Part shown: positions 24,373-32,000 of the stretch, piece by piece
Layout of the letters: each line of letters starts with the position of its first letter
Numbering within the stretch: position 1 is the stretch's first letter
Origin: Nitrososphaeraceae archaeon
GTDB lineage: Archaea; Thermoproteota; Nitrososphaeria; Nitrososphaerales; Nitrososphaeraceae
NCBI GenBank assembly: GCA_035620895.1
Contig: DASPFY010000022.1
Span: 37,892 to 69,891 of the forward strand
DNA: 32,000 nucleotides
Reading direction: 5' to 3'
The notes under the pieces: generated by a model
Told to the model about the DNA's origin: nothing
What the model saw: the letters and a program-made list of their open reading frames with translations, nothing else
Databases searched by the model: none
Position numbers and translations under genes: made by a program

Positions 24373-26370
24373 ATGAAAAAATACCACGAAGGAAAGATTA
24401 GAGTAGATTTTTCTCTTCGCAGAGAAGTACTATTTGTTGTCATAGGTGCAGTTGTCGGTGCGGTATTAATGGTATTTCCACGAATGGTTTTTGAAGCTGG
24501 AATGGGACTACCTTACTACATCACCTGGATAGCATTTGGTCACGTGGTAGGCGTCTACTCATCCTTCTCAGTACTTGCAGGGATTACAATCCACATGATA
24601 ACAGCCATTTGTATTGGAGTCGTTATTGGAATCTTCTTATACAAATCGGGGATTTTAAATATTAGTAAGTTATCAAACGGACTAATTTACGGACTATTCG
24701 CGGGTATGGTCGTATTCATTCTATTTTTCATACCCGTATCTCAATTTGTATTAGCCCCCGAAATTGCTCGAACATTAACCGAAATGATTCCATCGATGAC
24801 AGAAATTGAAGCAGCCAAACAGCTTGTAATGAGCCTTCCACTAATAATTGGTGGTGCTATCGTAACTCATTTGGTCTTTGGTGTGACGGTTGGATTGATC
24901 TCTTCAATTCTGTCAATTAAGTTTGGAGCAAGATACAGGTGCCCTGAATGCGATATATCATTAGCCAGGATTGATTCTCATCAAAAACACCGAGAGATGG
25001 TCCATGGGGCGCAACCCATCACACTAGAACGAATATTGATCCTGGGAGGAGGATTCGCAGGAGTCCAAGTTCTACGAGCACTTCAAAAAGAGTTTCAGGA
25101 TGATGTAAGCGTAGACATTACATTAGTAAGTAGAGACAACTTTTTCTTATTTACACCTATGCTACCAGAGGTATCATCAGGGATGATAGAAACGAGGAAT
25201 ATACTAACACCTGTGAGAACTTTTTGTAATAGAGCGCGGTTTTACGAAGCAGAGGTAGAATCTATAGATCTAAAAAACAGACAAGTTGTTATTACACATT
25301 TCATAGGGAGGCAGATTCATCCGGTTGATTCTCGATATCATGAATTAAAGTATGATTATCTCGTATTATCTCTCGGCAGTGAGACAAACTTTTTTGGAAT
25401 GAGTGATGTAGCAGATTATGCGTTTACTATAAAGAATATCGGTGACGCAGTGTCGATAAGAAATCATGTAATCAATATGTTAGAACAAGCTGATGTGGAA
25501 CACCAAGATTTTGATCTAAAGAAGAGTTTGATGACCTTTGTTGTTGTTGGGGGAGGTTTTTCCGGTGTTGAAACTGTCGGAGAGTTAAATGACTTTGTGC
25601 GTGAATCTATAAAATATTTCTATCATAATATTGAAATGTCTGATATCCGTATTGTTCTTGTTAATTCTAGCAGAAGGATCCTGCCTGAAGTAACAGAGGA
25701 TTTATCAGAATTTGCTTTACAAAGAATTAGCAAAAATGGAGTGGAAGTTCTTTTGAACACTCGTCTTACAGGAGTTGATGCTAACAGCGTTAGACTGAGT
25801 GATGGTATGAAAATATCCACATATACAGTAATTTGGGCTGGAGGAAATAGACCTAATCCATTGCTATCATGTCTGCAATGTGAGCACGATAAAAATGGAA
25901 GAATATTGACTGATAACTATCTCGAAGTAAAAGGCTATAACGATCATGTCTTTGCGTTAGGTGATTGTGCCTGTATAATTGATCCCAATACAAGTAAAGC
26001 ATGTCCTCCTACCGCACAGCATGCATTAAGGCAGGCAAAGGTAGTTGCAAATAATATTTCAGCTTTGATAAAGCACAAGGGTAAAAAAAGTAAGAAAATA
26101 AACAAGAAAAGGTTTGATTATAAGACTAAGGGCATGATGGCATTGATTGGTAAGAAGAATGGGGTTGGTGTTTTATTCGGATATAAAATACATGGATTTC
26201 TAGCGTGGGCTATATGGCGTTTCTATTATTTATCTACTCTTCCTACTATGCAGAAGAAGGTGAGAGTAATGGTTGACTGGTTTATTGATTTGTTATTTAA
26301 ACGGGATGTAACAAGGCTTAAAACACATACTATGAGTAATGGCTTCAATTTACCCACAGAAAAGAAATAA
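24373..26370 (+). CDS. ndh: Type II NADH dehydrogenase (NDH-2) with an N-terminal polytopic membrane domain and a C2H2 zinc finger
   Basis: 665 aa. Residues ~20-190 form 5-6 hydrophobic helices with conserved-looking His residues (FGHVVG, TIHMITA, VTHLVFG). 'YRCPECDISLARIDSHQKHREMVH' fits C-x2-C-x12-H-x4-H. The NDH-2 body follows, with 'ILILGGGFAGVQ' and 'VVVGGGFSGVETVGEL' dinucleotide folds, 'ALGDCA', and the C-terminal amphipathic anchor 'WAIWRFYYLSTLP...VDWFIDLLFKRDV'. Confidence 0.85.
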   Translation: MKKYHEGKIRVDFSLRREVLFVVIGAVVGAVLMVFPRMVFEAGMGLPYYITWIAFGHVVGVYSSFSVLAGITIHMITAICIGVVIGIFLYKSGILNISKLSNGLIYGLFAGMVVFILFFIPVSQFVLAPEIARTLTEMIPSMTEIEAAKQLVMSLPLIIGGAIVTHLVFGVTVGLISSILSIKFGARYRCPECDISLARIDSHQKHREMVHGAQPITLERILILGGGFAGVQVLRALQKEFQDDVSVDITLVSRDNFFLFTPMLPEVSSGMIETRNILTPVRTFCNRARFYEAEVESIDLKNRQVVITHFIGRQIHPVDSRYHELKYDYLVLSLGSETNFFGMSDVADYAFTIKNIGDAVSIRNHVINMLEQADVEHQDFDLKKSLMTFVVVGGGFSGVETVGELNDFVRESIKYFYHNIEMSDIRIVLVNSSRRILPEVTEDLSEFALQRISKNGVEVLLNTRLTGVDANSVRLSDGMKISTYTVIWAGGNRPNPLLSCLQCEHDKNGRILTDNYLEVKGYNDHVFALGDCACIIDPNTSKACPPTAQHALRQAKVVANNISALIKHKGKKSKKINKKRFDYKTKGMMALIGKKNGVGVLFGYKIHGFLAWAIWRFYYLSTLPTMQKKVRVMVDWFIDLLFKRDVTRLKTHTMSNGFNLPTEKK

Positions 26371-26783
26371 AGAAATGGGTTGTCATAGACATATTACGTG
26401 AGTTCTAAAAATATTAAGCGAGTAAAACAAGTCAAAATACCTATATTAGTTTTAGAAATTCTGACTAGGTTCCGATTGAATATTCAGTCGTATCCAGAAT
26501 GTCGAATAGCTATCAATCCAATGTTATTACAATTATCAATTTTTAGTTCGTTATAAATTACATCGGATATCTGGTTGAACGTTAATTCAAATTTTCATCG
26601 AGCGCATTCTCTGATATAAAATCAAATCCTGCCAAGATCTTATAAGAATGCAAACTAATTTAGTAAAGTATGGGAGCACTACCTTTTGTAAATAAAGAAG
26701 TGGCACCAGCTTTTGTAAAAAAAGAAAAATATGAATTTCTAATCTGACTTGTGTACATCTTCGAATGTAACTATGAGAAGCAG

Positions 26784-26843
26784 AAGAAAAAGCTAAATAC
26801 AAAGTAATAAAACCTTAGTACATGCAGGGTTTGAATCCCGAAG
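26784..26843 (+). repeat. Direct repeat A1 (60 nt), ending in a degenerate tRNA T-arm/acceptor-like motif
   Basis: Matches 31017..31076 at 51/60 with no indels. Its last 15 nt, 'tttgaatcccgaaga' (26830..26844), run 1 nt past the annotated repeat end and match the tRNA-Lys sequence 'ttcgaatcccgacgg' at 12/15. Confidence 0.7.
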
Positions 26844-26942
26844 AACCCGTGCGAATTCATTTAAACAAAAATATTTTATGAAAATATTCCCTAAGAAAGA
26901 AAAACTTTAAAGCTTAGTATCTAATTATTTCGGTAAGAATCC

Positions 26943-26981
26943 ATTTTTAGAACCGATAGCGTCACGGGTACCGACGGCTCA
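26943..26981 (+). repeat. Direct repeat B1
   Basis: 'atttttagaaccgatagcgtcacgggtaccgacggctca' versus 30325..30364: 19 nt identical, then 3 mismatches, 11 nt identical, and a 1-nt indel. Confidence 0.7.
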
Positions 26982-27031
26982 TCAACTTCTTAATAGTTTT
27001 GTTATCCATAACAAGTATCGTAGACTCAAAA

Positions 27032-27178
27032 ATGGTAAATATTGGAAACAGCAGGGAAGATAGAACGCACTCATGCGACTCTTGCAATTCAGGCAGTCAA
27101 GTAGAGTGGTGTGAAAGCTGTAACACATTTGTGTCCAAGAATTGCGACAACGAAGTTCATTCCGTCAGTCTGCCTTAA
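27032..27178 (+). CDS. Candidate 48-aa Cys-rich (zinc-binding?) mini-protein
   Basis: MVNIGNSREDRTHSCDSCNSGSQVEWCESCNTFVSKNCDNEVHSVSLP*. It has CxxC...CxxC...C...H. Below the track threshold. Confidence 0.35.
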   Translation: MVNIGNSREDRTHSCDSCNSGSQVEWCESCNTFVSKNCDNEVHSVSLP

Positions 27179-27213
27179 CTTTAGGATTTTCACGGGCCGA
27201 AGCAAGAGGCTTA

Positions 27214-27462
27214 TTACAGGGCATAGGATAATTGTCTTTTAATTTCTTCCTTGCTGTTCGTTTCTGCTGTACTTTCATCGAGTGCTTTAATCATATCATC
27301 TAAAAACGCTTTTAGTGCCTCTCTATGTTCTTTATTATTATAATATTTATTGATTATTACGGTCCTAGTTTCTTCATCTTCTATCCATCTAAATATTTTA
27401 TTTAATGCATCTAACTTCAATTCTTCTTGTTTGTCAATGTTATTATTATTATCAGAGGACAT
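27214..27462 (-). CDS. Hypothetical helical protein (82 aa)
   Basis: Isolated ORF, K/E-rich, with no recognised motif. Confidence 0.45.
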   Translation of the reverse strand: MSSDNNNNIDKQEELKLDALNKIFRWIEDEETRTVIINKYYNNKEHREALKAFLDDMIKALDESTAETNSKEEIKRQLSYAL

Positions 27463-27720
27463 TTTACATTATTTGATCTTATTCTTCCCTGTTAATAACT
27501 CAATATCCGCGCGACGACCGAAAGCCTAAATTAATTAATATTGTGTCCGTGAATTGAATAATTATCTATTCTTAATGGGACCTTCTGTTACTATAACTTC
27601 TCTTCTAGTAACAAATTATTTATGTAGTAACGATAATAATTGCTAAAAATACTACTCAATATCTAGCGAATTGTGATTACTTTCTTTAAGTCTTATATTC
27701 AATGAAATAAATGCTATTGT

Positions 27721-28176
27721 ATGTCGGAAATGTCCAAAAGACAAATTAGAGGATTCCTAAATAAAGGCACCTTCACAGGAAAGCTAGCTACAGTTAGGAA
27801 GGATGGAAGCTCTCATGTTGTTCCTATCTGGTTTGTGTTAGAATATCGAAATAATGAAGTTAACTTAGGAAATATCTATTTTACAACTTTTATTGGATCG
27901 GTTAAAGCAGAAAATATTCAACGAGATAATAGGATAAGCATTTGTATAGATGACCAGACTCCACCCTTTACCTTCGTAACTATTCATGGCACGGCAAAGC
28001 TTTATCCATATAAGCAAAAAGAGGTTTTGAAATGGGCGACCAGAATTGCCAAACGATACGTGGGTAATAAAGATTCAAAGGCATATGGTGAAAGGAATAG
28101 TGGAGAGGGAGCGGTACTTGTGCAAATAAAACCTACTAAAATAATTGCAGAAAAAGATATAGCTGCTTGGGAATAA
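27721..28176 (+). CDS. Pyridoxamine 5'-phosphate oxidase-family (FMN/F420-binding split-barrel) protein
   Basis: 151 aa. 'GTFTGKLATVRKDGSSHVVPIWFVL...' and 'ISICIDDQTPPFTFVTIHGTA' are typical of the PPOX-class split beta-barrel family. Confidence 0.8.
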   Translation: MSEMSKRQIRGFLNKGTFTGKLATVRKDGSSHVVPIWFVLEYRNNEVNLGNIYFTTFIGSVKAENIQRDNRISICIDDQTPPFTFVTIHGTAKLYPYKQKEVLKWATRIAKRYVGNKDSKAYGERNSGEGAVLVQIKPTKIIAEKDIAAWE

Positions 28177-28246
28177 GAATACCGGCCTCAATGACTTGGA
28201 TAATTCCCTTATCAACAAGATTTTAAGTTGCATTTGACCAAATCAA

Positions 28247-28972
28247 TTGACAGTTGGAGTGAGTAACATCTACACGGCATTGGTAACAGGAAGTGGGCGC
28301 GGTATAGGGAGGGAAACAGCTATCCTGTTATCCAAAAAGGGGTTCAATTTGGTTATATGTTCAAGAAGTCAAAATGAGATAGATTCAGTAGTGAAAGAAA
28401 TCAAATCATTTGGAAATGATAAGATCATAGGAAGAGAATGTGACGTGAGTGTCTCTTCCCAAGTGAATGCCCTTGTGAATGACGCATTGGATATTTACGG
28501 ACGAATTGATGTATTGATAAACAATGCTGGAATTTCATATGTCCGAAAACTAATTGAAACTACAGAAGAGCAATGGGATAGCACACTAGAGATCAACCTG
28601 AAAGGCAGTTTCCTTTTCTGCAAAGCAATTGTTCCACACATGATGGAACACAACCATGGAGTTATCATTAACGTAAGTTCAGGTGCAGGCAAATTTGGGT
28701 TTGAAGATATATCAGCATATTGTGCGAGTAAATTCGGCATGATCGGGTTAACAGAAAGTTTAGCTCGTGAAGTTGCTAATTACAATATTAGGGCAATGAC
28801 AATTTGTCCTGGAGAAGTGGCAACAAAAATGCAGAAAGATATCGATGCACAATACTATGAACTGAACAAACACAAGATGCTGCATCCCCGTAGGGTTGCA
28901 GAAAAAATTGCAGACATGATATTTAGCGATAAAGAATACTCAAATGGAGTTAGTGTGGATCTTCCGAGCTGA
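28247..28972 (+). CDS. Short-chain dehydrogenase/reductase (classical SDR)
   Basis: 'ALVTGSGRGIGRETA' (TGxxxGxG), 'NNAGI', and 'SSGAG...YCASKFG' (S-Y-K triad). The track start is TTG 28247; GTG 28259 is an alternative. Confidence 0.88.
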   Translation: MTVGVSNIYTALVTGSGRGIGRETAILLSKKGFNLVICSRSQNEIDSVVKEIKSFGNDKIIGRECDVSVSSQVNALVNDALDIYGRIDVLINNAGISYVRKLIETTEEQWDSTLEINLKGSFLFCKAIVPHMMEHNHGVIINVSSGAGKFGFEDISAYCASKFGMIGLTESLAREVANYNIRAMTICPGEVATKMQKDIDAQYYELNKHKMLHPRRVAEKIADMIFSDKEYSNGVSVDLPS

Positions 28973-29251
28973 AGATCCAATCACAAAACTTGATTATTTT
29001 CCCCAAGAATGGACGAAGTAGTGCTGAAGGAATGTGCTAATAACAAATGATTAGTAAGTCTCCTGTATGGTAAGGGGCTTTTTTCGGCCTCACCTTATTA
29101 TTTGTCTGTGACTACGTTTTCATCATGATGAATACACGTGAAATCTCTACACCAATAACAAAAACCGCAATTTGGGCATAATGACTTTGAGCGCGTTGGA
29201 TGAAAGTCGGTGTAACAATTAAAGCAATTCATTACAATTCCCAATTGAAAA

Positions 29252-29590
29252 CTAGTTTGCTGGTTTATGAGAAGTTTTCAGAGATACGCAAGTATCATAT
29301 GCTTGCTTAATCAATCGCTTTGAATTGTCTGCCTGCTCTTCAGTTTCTAATATGCATGAGACCCATCCTGCCTGTGGAGCATACTGGTGCGAAATAGCCA
29401 TACGTATCCGCAAGGCCTCTTCTTGTTGAGGTTTTGATAGCCTGATATCTATGTGTCGTGGTCCATGAAAATGGGCAAAATTTCTTAAACCATAGAAATA
29501 AGCTTCTTCACTCATAGGATCATGTTTTCGCTCGACATTTAGTAACGATCTTATGAAACTACTAATTTGTTCTTTCAAGCTGAGACCCAT
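29252..29590 (-). CDS. Hypothetical protein, DUF5519-like ('luciferase-domain' small protein family)
   Basis: 112 aa. 'YFYGLRNFAHFHGPRHIDIRLSKPQQEEAL...HQYAPQAGWVSCIL' resembles that family as I recall it. Unverified. Confidence 0.5.
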   Translation of the reverse strand: MGLSLKEQISSFIRSLLNVERKHDPMSEEAYFYGLRNFAHFHGPRHIDIRLSKPQQEEALRIRMAISHQYAPQAGWVSCILETEEQADNSKRLIKQAYDTCVSLKTSHKPAN

Positions 29591-29621
29591 TGCTCATAAA
29601 TGTATACTCTTTATTGTTTAT

Positions 29622-29978
29622 CTACCTACCTATTTGCACAAATTTATTGAAGTAAAATAATGGAGAGTCCTTAAAGATTACCTTTTTTCTGTTACTACAG
29701 ACCTGATATAAAATCCAATCTAGAATTCTTAATTCAGTATCTAATGGATCGGCTTCAAAAATAGAATCTGTTTTATTTATCTTATCTATAATTTCATTCA
29801 TTCCGATTTGTATGATTTCACAAATAAAAATATCCGGATTCTTCATATTCTTTAAGACCCAGTTTATCAATTCAATCCTTTTTGTAAGATCTCTTTTGTA
29901 AGTGGAATCATCATTTTCTCTGCTAAGCCATCGTTTAGATTCTTCAATTTCTACTAGTAAAATCTGTTCGATAGACAT
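29622..29978 (-). CDS. Hypothetical protein (118 aa)
   Basis: ATG ORF lying 31 nt upstream of the previous gene on the same strand. No motif recognised. Confidence 0.45.
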   Translation of the reverse strand: MSIEQILLVEIEESKRWLSRENDDSTYKRDLTKRIELINWVLKNMKNPDIFICEIIQIGMNEIIDKINKTDSIFEADPLDTELRILDWILYQVCSNRKKVIFKDSPLFYFNKFVQIGR

Positions 29979-30095
29979 AGACTAAATTAATAATATTAAG
30001 ATTTAAGATAGCAAGCGACTGTTAGGGTGGGAGACCGGTCTACTCTATCTTGAAATACTCTAAAGGTATAAGCATGATTAAGTCAATATTCCATT

Positions 30096-30323
30096 ATGTC
30101 TGAAGAAAGAATAGGAGATAAGTTTCTTCGGAAACTCTATGAAAAGACGGTAAATAATGGAATAGAAAATATTGACAGAGAGGAGATTGGAAAAGAAATC
30201 GGAATAATAGATGTACAAATGGATAATCTGATTGACGAATTGACTTCTGAGGGTTATATAAAGAAACTAGGCCGGACAAAAATTTACTTAACCGATGATG
30301 GAAGAAAAAGAGTCGAAATATAA
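30096..30323 (+). CDS. Small winged-helix-like DNA-binding protein (75 aa)
   Basis: 'REEIGKEIGIIDVQMDNLIDELTSEGYIKKLGRTKIYLTDDGRKRVE' has the helix-turn-helix plus wing layout of MarR/ArsR-like wHTH proteins. It is divergent from the 29622..29978 gene. Confidence 0.5.
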   Translation: MSEERIGDKFLRKLYEKTVNNGIENIDREEIGKEIGIIDVQMDNLIDELTSEGYIKKLGRTKIYLTDDGRKRVEI

Positions 30324-30324
30324 T

Positions 30325-30364
30325 ATTTTTAGAACCGATAGCGGCGTGGGTACCGACGAGCTCA
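30325..30364 (+). repeat. Direct repeat B2
   Basis: Partner of 26943..26981 (see B1). It begins 2 nt after the wHTH gene's stop. Confidence 0.7.
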
Positions 30365-30393
30365 GATTTTTATCTGATGTTACAATACTATTG

Positions 30394-30948
30394 TCAATCG
30401 GCTTTCGAAGAATTTTTCAATTTCAGGTCGTCAGTAATCTCATTTGATAAAGGAGTTTTTTTGCTCAAGTCGGTGAGTACGATTTTTATCGACACGCTTT
30501 GCAAAGACTTGTCATGAAGGGTAGTTCTTAGCACCTGTTCGCCGCCATCACTTTGAAGAGTAAATCCACTCCCAATTGAAGTAGTTTTAATGAGTGTTCG
30601 GTTGGGAGCATAGACCTCCATTACTGCGTTTATTAGTTGATTTTGTATTTTTTCATCTTCAAGAGCATATTCTACGTTAACTTTAACTTGGTTCGCATCA
30701 GTATTTGTAAGAGGAATAAAGCTCGAATTTACAACCGAAATATCTATCGACCCACTTTTTTGTGAGAAAGATTCTGTGACGCTAGTGAGCATAATAAATA
30801 TCGAAAAAGCCAATGTTAGGATAAGCCCACACTGATTGGATTTCTCGGATTTTATATCCACTGAATAGTAGGTTTCTCCAAAGGCTATAACCATTAAATA
30901 GTAATCTTCTAGACATTCATTTGGAAAATTTTTCGCACTTTCAAGCAT
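30394..30948 (-). CDS. Hypothetical exported or membrane-anchored protein
   Basis: 184 aa. Internal hydrophobic segment 'CGLILTLAFSIFIMLTSV' followed by a beta-rich, Ig-like-looking region. The start codon is uncertain. Confidence 0.5.
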   Translation of the reverse strand: MLESAKNFPNECLEDYYLMVIAFGETYYSVDIKSEKSNQCGLILTLAFSIFIMLTSVTESFSQKSGSIDISVVNSSFIPLTNTDANQVKVNVEYALEDEKIQNQLINAVMEVYAPNRTLIKTTSIGSGFTLQSDGGEQVLRTTLHDKSLQSVSIKIVLTDLSKKTPLSNEITDDLKLKNSSKAD

Positions 30949-31016
30949 TGATTAGTTACTTTAGGACTTACAATAATGAACAAGAAACAATCACTAGAGG
31001 ACAAGAACCAAACTAA

Positions 31017-31076
31017 AAGAAAAAGCTAAATACAACGTAATAGAACGCCAGTACATGCAAGGTTCCAATCCCGACG
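31017..31076 (+). repeat. Direct repeat A2
   Basis: Partner of 26784..26843 (51/60). Its 3' part, 'ttccaatcccgacgt' (31063..31077), runs 1 nt past the annotated repeat end and matches the tRNA-Lys 3' end at 13/15. Confidence 0.7.
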
Positions 31077-31126
31077 TCTGTGAATCAAATTTACTCCTAA
31101 TCCTTCCGGATTCGCCTTCTTCGTGG

Positions 31127-31297
31127 TTAGCTGTTCTTTGCGTCAGCATCAAATTTAGCCTTACCTTCTTTGTATATGCATTTCAAACACCACCACCTGC
31201 CAATTCTAGTTGGATCATTTAGAGGAACCAACCGATCGACTGAATCTCCACAGTTATCACATTTTTTACCTTCATGATTAATCATTAAATCGACCAT
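31127..31297 (-). CDS. Candidate 56-aa zinc-ribbon mini-protein
   Basis: MVDLMINHEGKKCDNCGDSVDRLVPLNDPTRIGRWWCLKCIYKEGKAKFDADAKNS*. It has CxxC...CxxC. Below the track threshold. Confidence 0.35.
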   Translation of the reverse strand: MVDLMINHEGKKCDNCGDSVDRLVPLNDPTRIGRWWCLKCIYKEGKAKFDADAKNS

Positions 31298-31487
31298 GTG
31301 GTATGTTAATATTTAAAGTTACTTTCCTGGGCGAGTCTAATGGGTATGTTAGCGTTATAACTTACAATAATTTATTCGTAATTACATGATTTGTCCCCAC
31401 ATGACTAAGTAAACCTTTGAATTTCCAAAATGTTACTAATATCGATTGAGTAAAATGTTATATAGCATCAATGGATTTAAGCAGTTA

Positions 31488-31616
31488 ATGGCAGACGATG
31501 ATATCACAAATACAGGGTGTTCCCGCTGTTGGGGTGCTATAGATTCGGAAACAAAAAATTGTAAAAGTTGTAATGGTCCCCAGGAAACTTGCAACTGTAA
31601 AATCGTGCCACACTAA
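31488..31616 (+). CDS. Candidate 42-aa zinc-ribbon mini-protein
   Basis: MADDDITNTGCSRCWGAIDSETKNCKSCNGPQETCNCKIVPH*. It has CxxC...CxxC...CxC. Confidence 0.3.
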   Translation: MADDDITNTGCSRCWGAIDSETKNCKSCNGPQETCNCKIVPH

Positions 31617-32000
31617 GACAAATATAAAGCAAAGAAAAAGACAGAATCATTCACGTTATGTGTTTCCCAGACATTGGTAAATACTTGAGTTATGAGATTT
31701 AAATTCAAAGAATATGTGTAAAATACAAGACCTACAAAATGTATCGATACAATTCAAGAAATGAAGAATCTCGTAGAAAACGATGTCGCCCAGGAGATCA
31801 TGTATACAAAGTTAGAGTGAAAGGATAATTCACAATCAATACCACGACAGAGGAATCAATATGTCCGTGTCAAAGCTAAAGTTTAATTTGAATCTGATTC
31901 AATTAGATTTGTGGAAGACCTCGAAAAAGAGTTAGGGCCTTTAATAGAAAATTTTCAAAACCTAGTGAAGAATGCCAAAGCAAATACAAATAACTGAGGA

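Noticed and set aside
26587-26802. Minus-strand 71-aa ORF
   Set aside because: Its 5' end is made of repeat A1 sequence, it has no motif, and its composition is odd. It is probably non-coding.
29071-29097. Hairpin 'taaggggcttttttcggcctcacctta' as a terminator for the SDR gene
   Set aside because: The stem is imperfect, with bulges and only 5+3 bp. Bacterial-type intrinsic terminators are not the archaeal norm, and the hairpin lies ~100 nt from the stop.
14935-32000. Search for an integrase, transposase or other mobility gene in the accessory region
   Set aside because: None of the listed or hand-translated ORFs showed tyrosine/serine recombinase or DDE motifs that I could recognise. The island interpretation therefore rests on the repeats only.

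Overview
AT-rich archaeal chromosome segment, most likely from an ammonia-oxidising thaumarchaeon (Nitrososphaeria). The assignment rests on an archaeal-type AmoC, a family-B DNA polymerase, an archaeal UMP kinase and intron-containing tRNAs. An orphan amoC in an AT-rich genome suggests a Nitrosocosmicus-like organism, but that is inference only.

Positions 1-14.6 kb are housekeeping. They hold agmatinase (partial), PolB, TatC, a tmk / HD-phosphohydrolase / pyrH operon, an orphan amoC, several secreted or hypothetical proteins and an IMPase/FBPase. Two intron-containing tRNAs follow: tRNA-Asp(GUC), with a non-canonical D-loop intron, and tRNA-Lys(UUU).

From tRNA-Lys onward (14.9 to at least 31.1 kb) the window looks like a mosaic accessory region. 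Four further same-strand copies of the tRNA-Lys 3' end (16.2, 23.07, 26.84 and 31.07 kb) and three families of direct repeats divide it into modules. No integrase is visible.

The cargo includes:
- a 4-gene operon centred on an M64 metallopeptidase fused to a 7-bladed FG-GAP propeller with no signal peptide;
- a divergent secreted integrin-like 7x FG-GAP protein, bracketed by a 22-nt perfect direct repeat;
- a 5'-truncated, frameshifted nitroreductase pseudogene;
- a J-domain fused to a haloperoxidase-like fragment that lacks its catalytic domain;
- an NDH-2 with an added N-terminal membrane domain and a C2H2 finger;
- a small module with PPOX, SDR, a wHTH protein and several zinc-ribbon mini-ORFs.

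My best candidate for an undescribed system is the M64-propeller operon together with its divergent FG-GAP partner on the tRNA-Lys island. Its function cannot be read from the sequence. All protein calls rest on motifs I recognised by eye; no searches were run. Many track ORFs start at TTG or GTG because the track reports the longest ORF, so several 5' ends are uncertain.
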